In this document: piece by piece, positions 45,362-54,747 of the stretch
How positions within the stretch are numbered: the first letter of the stretch is position 1
Layout: the number at the start of each line of letters is the position of its first letter
DNA from: an uncultured Alphaproteobacteria bacterium
Lineage (GTDB): Bacteria; Pseudomonadota; Alphaproteobacteria; Rs-D84
Length of the DNA: 64,000 bases
Direction of reading: 5' to 3'
Assembly (NCBI GenBank): GCA_944392595.1
Contig: CALXXD010000002.1
Span: forward strand, 65,027 to 129,026
The notes under the pieces: generated by a model
Databases searched by the model: none
The model's input: the letters and a program-made list of their open reading frames with translations, nothing else
Told to the model about the DNA's origin: nothing
Made by a program: the position numbers and the translations under genes

Positions 45362-47296
45362 TTATACATGACCCTTTAATGCGATATAAATTTGCCCCAG
45401 GTCGGTTTTCGCCAACGCGCCTGCCAATTTATCAGTCCCATCGGCCGCGCGTGCCGCATTCAAAACTTTATCAAAACCACGCACGAATTGCGTCGCCTGG
45501 GAACGGAAAACACTGTCGTTTTTCAGCATTTCGCGCACCTGTTTCTTGTCCGCCGCAGACATTATTTTCGCAAACCATTTTGAAAAAATCGTTTTATCGC
45601 CCGCATGATATTTTTTCCATACTACGTCTGGAATTTCCACGCCGGCCGCACGGGTCAAATCCATAGTTTGCTCGTGCAATTTTTCCATCATTTTATCACT
45701 TTGCTTCAAAAAGTCCCCCGGACTTACGCGTCCGTATGCCGCCGATGTCGCAGGCGTCGCGCCCATCGCGTCCATTGGCGCAGTCGCGCGCGCAACCATC
45801 ATTTGTTTATTCAACGTCTGCATAGTATTAACCGCCTGGGAATAATCAGACATTAAATCTATCATTTGTTGGCGCGATGTGCCGGCCAAATCTTCCAATT
45901 TCACGGCTGAATCCGCAATCGCAGTGGTCGATTCTGCAACCGTTTGCTTCATCAACGCGATTTTTTCGTTCAGATTTTCAACAATTTTCTGCAAATTGTC
46001 ACCTGTATTCACTGAATCACGCGCCAAATCGGGCAGGGCAGCAAAATACTTTTCTATCAATTCCGACAAAGGCTGTAACTGTGCCGTTGTTTCCGCCGAC
46101 ATTTTTATCAGATTTTCCGACTGTCCCGACAATTGCGTATGCGCTGTATTCATTTCGATTAAAGTTTCGCGCACCCCCGTCGCCATCGCACGCACAGATT
46201 CTGAAAACGCCCCCGCCGCGGTCTTGGTATTTTCCAGCGTTGAATTCGCAACGCCTGACACAGTCTTTAATTCGCCCACAATATCGTTTGTAAAACCGGT
46301 AATATCTTTGTTGAAATGGTTGCACAATTCGGTTAATTCGCGCGATATATTGCGTACAGCAGCCTCGGTCGATGTTGCTGCCCCCATCAACGTTTCGACC
46401 GCATCGGTTAATTTGCGAACCTGGGATTCAACAGATGTCTCGGACAGCCGCACTTGGCCCGCAACGACGTTTGCAGTATTGGTCAGCGTATTAACTTGGC
46501 CGGTTAATTGCTTTTTCGCCTGTTTTCCAAACGCATCCAATTTATTCAGATGTTCATCCAACCGCTTGTTATTATTGTCCATTGTTTCGCTGTACCCATC
46601 CGCCGCAGTCTTTACGGATTCAAATCCAGATGCCGTTGTTGCCGATAATTCAGACAATTTTTGCTGCATATTTTCGCATTCCGCGGACAAAGTCTGCATT
46701 TGTTCCGTATTGGAACTGAATTCATTCTGCAATTTTTCAGACAAAGTATTGCCGTTTTCAATCCACTGGGTCATACTGTCGTGGATGCGTGCGGTACGTT
46801 CAGTCGTATCATTCGTGGTCGCATCGATTTTGCCCAGCATATCGGTTACAGACGCACTGAATTTGTCAGTCGCCAATTCGACATCGCGCCAACCATTGGA
46901 ATTAACAATTCCGTTCAACCCATTGACTGTATTTTCCAAACGTTGGGCCATTGTGGCCATTTTTTTTGTCGCTTCATCGGTTGTGGCGATCAATTGCGCG
47001 TTTTGCGCATCCAGATTATTTTTCAGCTCGGTCGCAGTGGCAATCTGGGCATTTAATGTTTCGCGAACATTTTGAAAATTCGATTCCATTTTAATCATTT
47101 CATCCGCAACCAAAGCATTAAACACACGCACAGCATCATTTACCCGCGCCCGTTCGGGACGTGTTAATAAATCCAACACAGATTGCATCACCCGTTGGGA
47201 TCTGCGCGAAACAAAGAATAAAACAATCAACGCGATTAATAATAATCCGCCCAACGCCCCGCCAACAATCAAAATAATATCTGAAATTTGCATCAA
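45362..47296 (-). CDS. Membrane-anchored long coiled-coil protein (hypothetical)
   Basis: N-terminal TM segment IILIVGGALGGLLLIALIVLFFV. About 450 aa of heptad-like T/N/Q/E-rich helix follow, then a C-terminal globular ~130 aa (WKKYHAGDKTIFSKWFAKI...). Confidence 0.65.
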   Translation of the reverse strand: MMQISDIILIVGGALGGLLLIALIVLFFVSRRSQRVMQSVLDLLTRPERARVNDAVRVFNALVADEMIKMESNFQNVRETLNAQIATATELKNNLDAQNAQLIATTDEATKKMATMAQRLENTVNGLNGIVNSNGWRDVELATDKFSASVTDMLGKIDATTNDTTERTARIHDSMTQWIENGNTLSEKLQNEFSSNTEQMQTLSAECENMQQKLSELSATTASGFESVKTAADGYSETMDNNNKRLDEHLNKLDAFGKQAKKQLTGQVNTLTNTANVVAGQVRLSETSVESQVRKLTDAVETLMGAATSTEAAVRNISRELTELCNHFNKDITGFTNDIVGELKTVSGVANSTLENTKTAAGAFSESVRAMATGVRETLIEMNTAHTQLSGQSENLIKMSAETTAQLQPLSELIEKYFAALPDLARDSVNTGDNLQKIVENLNEKIALMKQTVAESTTAIADSAVKLEDLAGTSRQQMIDLMSDYSQAVNTMQTLNKQMMVARATAPMDAMGATPATSAAYGRVSPGDFLKQSDKMMEKLHEQTMDLTRAAGVEIPDVVWKKYHAGDKTIFSKWFAKIMSAADKKQVREMLKNDSVFRSQATQFVRGFDKVLNAARAADGTDKLAGALAKTDLGQIYIALKGHV

Positions 47297-47392
47297 ATCC
47301 CCCCGTGTCTGTACCGCGAAATATGCGGTTTTATATATCCTTGCAGTTCTATGGAATATATACTAAAATCCCCATAATAAAGCAAGGGCATA

Positions 47393-50071
47393 ATGGTAAA
47401 AAAATTCAATCTTTCGCCGGAACAAGACGCGGCCGCCAATCCAACGGACAACGTATGGGTCCAGGCGAACGCCGGCACCGGTAAAACCAGCGTTTTGGTG
47501 CAACGTTTGCTGCGAATATTTTTTCGCACACCTGATATTACAGATTGCGGCGTGCTGTGTCTTACATATACCAAGGCTGCGGCCGGCGAAATGCGCAACC
47601 GTATTTTACGCGAACTGCAAAAATGGGCAATGGCAACAGACGACGAATTGGTCGATTTGTTGGACGGCGTGGCAATGAACAAGCCCGCCACATCAGATGA
47701 CATCGCGCGCGCACGCGGAATATTTTTTACATATATTGATAACCCAGATTTGTTGAAAATTAAAACCATTCACAGTTTTTGCGAAGAAATCCTGCGTCAA
47801 TTCCCAACCGAGGCCGGCATTTCACCCGCTTGGTCAATGGTATCGGACGATGCACAACGAATTTTATTACAAGACGCATTTTCGCGATTGATAAATAAAT
47901 CAAATAACGCACGCACACGCGATGCTTTTGTTCATATCGTTGAACGGATTGACGAAAACAGCCTGGGCAAATTATTGGGGATTTTAAGCAATCATTATAA
48001 AGATTTTTTTCAAATAACAGACGTTGTTAAGTATCGCAAATATTTCATTGATACAATTACAGAATTTTTGAAATTAAATACTCCGATTCAAACTGATATT
48101 TCAACCGAACATCTGCAAAAAATCATCTTGGATACCCAAAATTGCATAAACGCATCAAAAACACCGGGCAAGACATTAATAAATATTGTCAATACAACAA
48201 AACAATACATTGACAAAACTATTGATTTTGAAGAATACGCCAACGCATACTTAAAGTCCGATAAAACACCAAATTCCACCGTCGCCAAAGCATTGGCAAA
48301 AGCCGGCGCATTAATGGCCATTGACGAGCAAAAAAGACTATCTGAAATTTATCAACAACGCTTTGCCGTCGAAATATTTGATGACACGATGGCGTTATTT
48401 GATTTATCGGCTGAATTTGCAAACATATATAAATCGATCAAGAACGAACGAAACCTTTTGGATTTCGAAGATTTAATTTTATACACACGCAAATTATTTT
48501 CTTCGCCAGACGTTATGGGATGGGTATTGTCGCAATTAAACATTCGTCTGACACATATTTTGGTCGATGAAGCCCAAGACACAAGTCCCGACCAATGGGA
48601 CGTATTGCGTATGCTGACATCAGACTTCTTTACCGACGGCGACACGTCCGACAATCCGCATTCTTTGTTCGTTGTGGGCGATACCAAACAATCGATTTAT
48701 GCTTTCCAAGGCGCAGACCCACGCGCTTTTGACGCAACACGCGCCAATATCGCCGAACAAATCAAACAAAATATGCGCACGTTGCATGAAATTCCACTGA
48801 CACAAAGTTTTCGCTCTATGCCGCCGATACTTTATACGGTCGATGCATTTTTTGGCGACGATACAATTCGCGAAAAGACAGGATTTATAAACAACACCCA
48901 CAAATATGTAAAAAACGACCCTGATGCTTTTGTGGAGTTGCACGAATTAATGGGGAACGGCGGGATTGATATGGATGGCGACGAATACATTTCGACAATC
49001 GCAGACAACATCCAATCCGTACTGAACGAAGGCAAATTTACCCCGGGCGATATTATGGTGCTGGTGCAAAATCGCGAACCCATGTCACCGAAATTGGTAA
49101 AAGAATTAAAACGTCGCAACATTCCCGTCGCGGGCAGCGACCGGATAAAATTACCCAATTTTCCGGCAATTCGCGACCTGTTGAACCTGGTTCGATTTTG
49201 CATAAATACGGCCGATGATTACAGTTTATGTTGTGTGTTAAAAAGTCCGATTTTCAGATTGTCTGAACGCGATATTTTTAATATTTGCAAAATGCGAAAT
49301 GATGAAAATAATATTAAAAAACGTCAATCGGAACAATACACGCCAACGACTGTTTTTGATATTTTGACCACAACCAACCCAGATATTCGTTCGCGATTGG
49401 AAATAATCATAAATTGGTCCAGCACAATGTCGCCATATTCGTTTTTTACAAACGTATTAAATACAAACGACACGCGAAAAAATATGATTGCTGCATTGGG
49501 CGAACAAATCATTGACCCACTCGAAGAATTTTTAACAATATGTCTGGCGTACGAGCGTACTCAAAGCGGCACAATGCGCGATTTTATAAAATGGTTCATC
49601 ACCGGCGGCAGTGTTATCAAGCGCGACATGGATGCTGCGCCCGGCGTCCGCATTGTCACTATCCACAGCAGTAAAGGTCTGGAAGCCCCGGTTATATTCT
49701 TGATTGATACGGTCAGAATGCCAAAAATCGAAAATGTATTTCGTATTACACCAGAATTGCAAAGCGCAAAAATTCGCGCGCACGGCAACGGGTTGCCAAC
49801 GCCGTGGATATGGTTTCCACGACAAAATAAATCCGCCGACACTTACCAGATTGCCGCATCGTCGCGCGCCCGGGCACAAACGGCCGAACATTACAGATTG
49901 CTTTACGTTGCGATGACGCGCGCGATAAATCGGCTGTATATATACGGTTATGCGACACGCAACAATAACGCCACTGATTTAACATGGTATTACGAGTTGT
50001 GGCGCGTGCTGTCCAACGACAAATATGCACAAAAAATCGATAACGGTATCAGGATACAAAATGTCAAATAA
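47393..50071 (+). CDS. addA: AddA-type (UvrD/Rep SF1A) helicase, helicase portion only
   Basis: NAGTGKTSVL (Walker A), ILVDEAQDTSPDQW, TIHSSKGLEAPVIF and LLYVAMTRAINRL. It stops at a TAA (50069-50071) before any nuclease motif. Confidence 0.85.
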   Translation: MVKKFNLSPEQDAAANPTDNVWVQANAGTGKTSVLVQRLLRIFFRTPDITDCGVLCLTYTKAAAGEMRNRILRELQKWAMATDDELVDLLDGVAMNKPATSDDIARARGIFFTYIDNPDLLKIKTIHSFCEEILRQFPTEAGISPAWSMVSDDAQRILLQDAFSRLINKSNNARTRDAFVHIVERIDENSLGKLLGILSNHYKDFFQITDVVKYRKYFIDTITEFLKLNTPIQTDISTEHLQKIILDTQNCINASKTPGKTLINIVNTTKQYIDKTIDFEEYANAYLKSDKTPNSTVAKALAKAGALMAIDEQKRLSEIYQQRFAVEIFDDTMALFDLSAEFANIYKSIKNERNLLDFEDLILYTRKLFSSPDVMGWVLSQLNIRLTHILVDEAQDTSPDQWDVLRMLTSDFFTDGDTSDNPHSLFVVGDTKQSIYAFQGADPRAFDATRANIAEQIKQNMRTLHEIPLTQSFRSMPPILYTVDAFFGDDTIREKTGFINNTHKYVKNDPDAFVELHELMGNGGIDMDGDEYISTIADNIQSVLNEGKFTPGDIMVLVQNREPMSPKLVKELKRRNIPVAGSDRIKLPNFPAIRDLLNLVRFCINTADDYSLCCVLKSPIFRLSERDIFNICKMRNDENNIKKRQSEQYTPTTVFDILTTTNPDIRSRLEIIINWSSTMSPYSFFTNVLNTNDTRKNMIAALGEQIIDPLEEFLTICLAYERTQSGTMRDFIKWFITGGSVIKRDMDAAPGVRIVTIHSSKGLEAPVIFLIDTVRMPKIENVFRITPELQSAKIRAHGNGLPTPWIWFPRQNKSADTYQIAASSRARAQTAEHYRLLYVAMTRAINRLYIYGYATRNNNATDLTWYYELWRVLSNDKYAQKIDNGIRIQNVK

Positions 50072-50507
50072 ATTGAACGAGATATTATCAGAAATCAAAC
50101 GCGCCGATTACGCCACAGACACAGGGCGTAAATTGCACGCAAAAATGCAAAAAATCAAAGCCGGTGACACAGAATCCCATGGCAACGATGAATTGATTGC
50201 AAAAATAACAAAAAATCCGCAACTGATGAAATTTTTTACACCCACATCACGTACCGAGGTCCCAATCGCAGGCAACATAAACGGCAAATTTATCAGCCGC
50301 CGCATTGACCGCCTGGTAATTGACGACGAAACAAAAAACATTTACGTACTGGATTATAAATCAGACACCGACAAAACGGCATATCGCGACAAATACGCCG
50401 CCCAAATTCGCGAATATATCGCTTTGCTGCGCGACGCATATCCCGATTACACGACACACGGATACATATTATGGTTACAAGATTTTGAATTGGTTGAATT
50501 TTCATAA
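50061..50507 (+). CDS. AddA C-terminal PD-(D/E)XK (RecB-type) nuclease domain as a separate ORF
   Basis: TGRKLHAKMQ... then GKFISRRIDRLVIDDETKNIYVLDYKSD ... YAAQIREY, giving D...D-Y-K and Q..Y motifs. ATG 50061 follows AGGA by 6 nt and overlaps the upstream ORF by 11 nt in another frame. Confidence 0.75.
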   Translation: MSNKLNEILSEIKRADYATDTGRKLHAKMQKIKAGDTESHGNDELIAKITKNPQLMKFFTPTSRTEVPIAGNINGKFISRRIDRLVIDDETKNIYVLDYKSDTDKTAYRDKYAAQIREYIALLRDAYPDYTTHGYILWLQDFELVEFS

Positions 50508-50548
50508 AAATCTTGAATTATTTTACATTAAACGACTATAATCACGAC

Positions 50549-52204
50549 ATGCTGACACGGTTATACATTTCGAACATAGTACTGATTGAAAAACTGAATC
50601 TGGAATTCGGGGCGGGGCTGAATATACTGACGGGCGAAACGGGTGCGGGCAAAAGTATTTTAATGGACGCATTGGCGCTGGCATTGGGCGCGCGTTCAGA
50701 CGCCGGCCTGGTGCGCCATGGATGCGATACTGCGTCCGTCATCGCAGAATTCGACTCGATTGACGACAAATTAAAATCTTTGTTGGATGAAAACGGAATC
50801 GAATTCGAAGATGCGTTAATTTTGCGTCGAACATTGTCGTCAGACGGCAAAAGTCGTGCATGGGCAAACGATACACCTGTGTCAATAAAGTTATTAAAGC
50901 AAATTGGCGATAATCTGGTCGAGATACACGGACAATTTGCGAATCATGCACTGTTAAATCCGGCAACACACCGCGAATCTTTGGATTTGTTCGGAATTAA
51001 AAACAATCAAAATTACAATCAGTTACTTTTATACGTTAATAAAAACTATCAAGAATATTATAACGCACAAAAACGATTGGATGAGTTGCGTGAAACTTTA
51101 CAAAAATCGGCATCGGAACGGGAATTTTTGGAACATAACGTGCGCGAATTGGAATCATTAAACGTTCAAATCGGTGAAGAAGAAACATTGGCCGCCAAAC
51201 GCACAGCCATGATGAACGCAGAAAAAGATGCCGCAATATTGTCTGATGCAGCCGCGGAATTAAACCCGCATGGTACGTCGTTGGAATCTGTAATTTTTTC
51301 GGTCGCACATATTTTGGAACGTATAAAAACCGACCCAAATCCATATTCTGAACAAATTGACGCATTATACAACGCCGCGCAAATCGTATCGGATGTGGCG
51401 GAAAAATTAACGCCAACCGATGTTGATACAGCAACACTGGACGAAATCGAAGAAAGATTGTTCGCAATTCGCGCCGCCGCGCGCAAGCATCGTGTTTCTG
51501 CGGATGAATTGCCTGAAAAATTAAAACAAATGTCGGCTGAATTAAACGCGATTGAAAATTCAGACGCCGAGTTAAAAAAATTAACCGCCGATATGGCAAA
51601 CAAAAAATCAGAATTCGAAAAATCGGCCGCTGACTTATCGTCTGCACGCATTGCCGCGGGCGAAATGTTACGCAAACAAATTTTGGCGGAATTGCCGGAT
51701 CTGAAATTGGGCGCGGCCGATTTTATCGTATCGCGCACAGACGCAACCCCATCCGCGCACGGAATTGACGACGTTGTATTTATGATAAAAACAAACCCAG
51801 GCATGCCATTCGCACCATTGCACCGCGCAGCATCTGGTGGCGAATTGGCTCGTTTTATGTTGGCGCTGCGCGTGGTATTGGCGGATGGCGGCAATGCGCA
51901 CACATTTGTATTTGACGAAATCGATACCGGCATCAGTGGCGCAACCGCATCGGCGGTTGGCAACCGATTAAACAGATTGGCAAAATCGTCCCAGGCATTG
52001 GTCATAACCCATTCTGCCCAGGTTGCGGGATATGCAGACAAACATTTCAAAATTTCAAAACATTCTGCGAACGATACGACAACAACAGACGTTGCCGAAA
52101 TTCACGGCGACGACCGAATTAACGAAATCGCACGCATCATAAGTGGGGCGCAAATTACACCTGAATCATTGGCAACGGCGCGCACGTTGATTAAAAACAA
52201 TTGA
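50549..52204 (+). CDS. recN: DNA repair protein RecN
   Basis: MLTRLYISNIVLIEKLNLEFGAGLNILTGETGAGKSIL, a coiled-coil middle, and ASGGELARFMLAL...VFDEIDTGISG. Confidence 0.95.
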   Translation: MLTRLYISNIVLIEKLNLEFGAGLNILTGETGAGKSILMDALALALGARSDAGLVRHGCDTASVIAEFDSIDDKLKSLLDENGIEFEDALILRRTLSSDGKSRAWANDTPVSIKLLKQIGDNLVEIHGQFANHALLNPATHRESLDLFGIKNNQNYNQLLLYVNKNYQEYYNAQKRLDELRETLQKSASEREFLEHNVRELESLNVQIGEEETLAAKRTAMMNAEKDAAILSDAAAELNPHGTSLESVIFSVAHILERIKTDPNPYSEQIDALYNAAQIVSDVAEKLTPTDVDTATLDEIEERLFAIRAAARKHRVSADELPEKLKQMSAELNAIENSDAELKKLTADMANKKSEFEKSAADLSSARIAAGEMLRKQILAELPDLKLGAADFIVSRTDATPSAHGIDDVVFMIKTNPGMPFAPLHRAASGGELARFMLALRVVLADGGNAHTFVFDEIDTGISGATASAVGNRLNRLAKSSQALVITHSAQVAGYADKHFKISKHSANDTTTTDVAEIHGDDRINEIARIISGAQITPESLATARTLIKNN

Positions 52205-52291
52205 AAAAATAAAAATATTATTCAATAATATGCACGACATATCCAGTGGATTGGCCTAGAACACCAAAACATTGAAATACCACGAAATATT

Positions 52292-52396
52292 GTCCCGACA
52301 AACCAGGTCGGGATGTCGCCACTCGCAAGATGGCGAGGGTCATCAATGTTTGACTGTTCTAACTCCCGACCACTGAAATATGTGGTCTTTTTTTTT
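52292..52396 (+). promoter_or_regulatory. Attenuator-like leader (two hairpins plus an intrinsic terminator with an alternative pairing) upstream of the PAP2 gene
   Basis: P1 is TCCCGAC (52293-52299) paired with GTCGGGA (52307-52313). P2 is TCGCCA (52316-52321) paired with TGGCGA (52331-52336). The terminator is GACCAC (52368-52373) paired with GTGGTC (52382-52387), followed by T9. A second TCCCGAC at 52364-52370 overlaps the terminator 5' arm and could pair with 52307-52313. Confidence 0.45.
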
Positions 52397-52415
52397 ACAC
52401 AAAGGATAGGAAAAT

Positions 52416-52958
52416 ATGTCAAAACGTAGAACTTTTGCCATACTTTCTGTTGGGGTGACATTGACACTTTCCAACAACGCACTTGCGGGGCCATTCACAG
52501 ACCCAAACAAACTGGGCGATTTGATGATGGTTATGGCCCCAGCGTATGCATTGGGTATGACAGTAATTGAGAAAGATTGGGCAGGCACATTGCAACTGGC
52601 AGGTTCTATCGCGGTCGCCCAAGTGGCAACCGAGGGTATAAAGATGCTGGAACTGGAACAACGTCCCAACGGGTCAGATTGGAAATCGTTCCCCAGTGGT
52701 CATTCTGCAGGTGCGTTTTCGGCCGCAATGTTTGTGCATAAACGTTACGGATGGAAGCCCGCGCTGATTCCATACGCGATGGCGTTGGCCACAGGTTGGT
52801 CACGCGTAAATGCGCGGGCGCATTATTGGCACGATGTATTGGGCGGTGCCGCGGTCAGCGCACTTTTTACATGGCTGTTGGTCGGCAAATATGACAACCG
52901 TGTAACAGTTGCCGCCGATGGCGATGGAATCAAACTGGGGTTCAAAACAACATTTTAA
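52416..52958 (+). CDS. PAP2-family lipid phosphatase
   Basis: Signal peptide, then the motifs KMLELEQRP, PSGHS and SRVNARAHYWHDV (KxxxxxxRP / PSGH / SRxxxxxHxxxD). Confidence 0.85.
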   Translation: MSKRRTFAILSVGVTLTLSNNALAGPFTDPNKLGDLMMVMAPAYALGMTVIEKDWAGTLQLAGSIAVAQVATEGIKMLELEQRPNGSDWKSFPSGHSAGAFSAAMFVHKRYGWKPALIPYAMALATGWSRVNARAHYWHDVLGGAAVSALFTWLLVGKYDNRVTVAADGDGIKLGFKTTF

Positions 52959-54206
52959 TCACTGCTTTATTTGCACAGTGATAACACCATCGGCAAATTC
53001 GATGGCCGCAGGATGTGCGCCGTCTGCGCGACTGATAATTTGATTTTTATCGTCGCGCACGATTGCGTACCCGCGCGCCAACACGTTTTTATAACTTAAC
53101 GAATTCAACATTTGCCCCAGATGATTAACCGATTGCGCCAAAGACGCAACTTTGTTCTGAAAAACATTCTGAAATCCGGCCACCACATCCATACGCCCAC
53201 GCGCGGCAACAATTTTGCCGTTTATGATAATATTTAATGTACGCGCAACATCGTCGATACGTTGCTGATGCTCCATAATCAACTGACGTGGATTTTTAAC
53301 AACAATTGACTCCATACGATTTTTCGCATTGGTCAATCGCGTTGTAAAATTATTCGATAACCTGTGCCACAAATTATCCAATTCTTGGATTAAAGACAGT
53401 TTTGTTGGAACAACCATCTCGGCCGCGCCGGTTGGCGTTGGCGCGCGCACATCGGCCGCATAGTCAATCAGCATCCAATCAGGTTCATGTCCCACACCTG
53501 AAATCAGCGGTATTTCACTGGCCGCCGCAGCACGAACAACAATTTCTTCGGAAAAGGGCAATAAATCTTCCAATGCGCCACCGCCACGTGCGACGATAAT
53601 TACATCCACGTTCTTTGCACGATTAAAATATTCAATACCGGCGGCAACCTCGGCTGCGGCGGTCGCGCCCTGGACAGTGGCGGGATATAAAACAACAGTC
53701 ACCGGGAAACGTTCGCGCAAACGATTTTGAATGTCTTGGAATGCCGCGCCCGTCGGACTGGTTACCACACCAATACGCTGGGGCAGGTGCGGCAAAGGCT
53801 TTTTACGCGACGCATCAAACAACCCCTCGGCCGCCAATTTACGCTTGCGTTCTTCCAACATTTTCAAAATTGCGCCCGCACCCGCCATTTCAATTTCAGA
53901 ACATATAATCTGATAATTACTGCGCGCGGGATACGTTGTAAAACGACCGGTTATAATAACTTCCAACCCATCTTCCAACTTAAAAGGAACGGGCGTTCCG
54001 CGCCAAATTATGGCGGAAATGGCGGCCCCAGAATCCTTTATAGTCATATAAGTATGCCCAGATGATGCCCGTGTAATTTGCGACAATTCACCACGAATGC
54101 GAATCCGCGGAAAAGCGGTTTCAACAACATTCTTTAACAATGCTGATGCATCAGAAACACTGAAAATCATATCAGGCTGAACAAAAGGCTGTGGTTTCTC
54201 CATCAT
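52959..54206 (-). CDS. xseA: Exodeoxyribonuclease VII large subunit
   Basis: N-terminal OB fold (FPRIRIRGELSQITRASSGHTYMTIKD), IGVVTSPTGAAFQDI and the catalytic core. The start is at MMEKPQ (54206). Confidence 0.92.
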   Translation of the reverse strand: MMEKPQPFVQPDMIFSVSDASALLKNVVETAFPRIRIRGELSQITRASSGHTYMTIKDSGAAISAIIWRGTPVPFKLEDGLEVIITGRFTTYPARSNYQIICSEIEMAGAGAILKMLEERKRKLAAEGLFDASRKKPLPHLPQRIGVVTSPTGAAFQDIQNRLRERFPVTVVLYPATVQGATAAAEVAAGIEYFNRAKNVDVIIVARGGGALEDLLPFSEEIVVRAAAASEIPLISGVGHEPDWMLIDYAADVRAPTPTGAAEMVVPTKLSLIQELDNLWHRLSNNFTTRLTNAKNRMESIVVKNPRQLIMEHQQRIDDVARTLNIIINGKIVAARGRMDVVAGFQNVFQNKVASLAQSVNHLGQMLNSLSYKNVLARGYAIVRDDKNQIISRADGAHPAAIEFADGVITVQIKQ

Positions 54207-54210
54207 AATT

Positions 54211-54729
54211 TTATCGTCTGTCCAATTCTTGTTTGATTTCTGCAATAAACTTTTCTTTATTTGGTGTACGCATATCCTGCATACGTCTGTTAATGGGTTC
54301 GCCAACCTCGTACGGGACGCGCAGCGGCGCAAATTGGTCGCCGGTTACATCGAACGGCACATCCAACGCATAATTTTGCAGATATACGACGGGTGCATGC
54401 TCCCACGCGCCAAGTTTTATCGCAGACGGCCGCCAAATACTGTCGCCGCCATACAGATTATAAATACATATTGTGGAAAGCGCGCAAAAACCCTTTGGAT
54501 ACGGAACAAATCCATTAAACGGCAAATTACCCACATACCTTTTACGAAACGCCGCATCGCGGAATTTACTGCGCAAAACGTACGTAATATCCTGTAACCG
54601 ATATTCCAATAAATATTCATCCCGCACCCGTGCGTCAATTTGCGCGGCCAAAGCCATTACTTTACGTGTGGCGGCATCATATTGTTTCAAATATTCGTCT
54701 GTTGTCATAATGTGCAGATTATAGCACAT
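54211..54729 (-). CDS. Hypothetical protein, paralogue 2 (Cys-His-Asp signature)
   Basis: GFCALSTICIYNLYGGDSIWR...WEHAPVVYLQNYALDVPFDVTGDQF aligns by eye with the neighbouring ORF. An alternative start is ATG 54708 (MTTDEY). Confidence 0.55.
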   Translation of the reverse strand: MCYNLHIMTTDEYLKQYDAATRKVMALAAQIDARVRDEYLLEYRLQDITYVLRSKFRDAAFRKRYVGNLPFNGFVPYPKGFCALSTICIYNLYGGDSIWRPSAIKLGAWEHAPVVYLQNYALDVPFDVTGDQFAPLRVPYEVGEPINRRMQDMRTPNKEKFIAEIKQELDRR

Positions 54730-54747
54730 TTACCGATAAAAACAAGT

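Noticed and set aside
45879-47075. 398-aa ORF antisense to the 644-aa coiled-coil gene
   Set aside because: It is entirely antisense to a better-supported ORF that has a TM helix, a coiled coil and a defined C-terminal domain. Its translation is Ser/Val/Ala/Phe low-complexity, which makes it a typical shadow ORF.
52222-52400. SRP (4.5S) RNA or another known small RNA in the recN-PAP2 spacer, and a 9-codon leader peptide (ATG 52230)
   Set aside because: The GGAA-tetraloop / AGCA symmetric-loop motif of SRP RNA is absent. The mini-ORF would lie at or upstream of the predicted transcription start and has no RBS.
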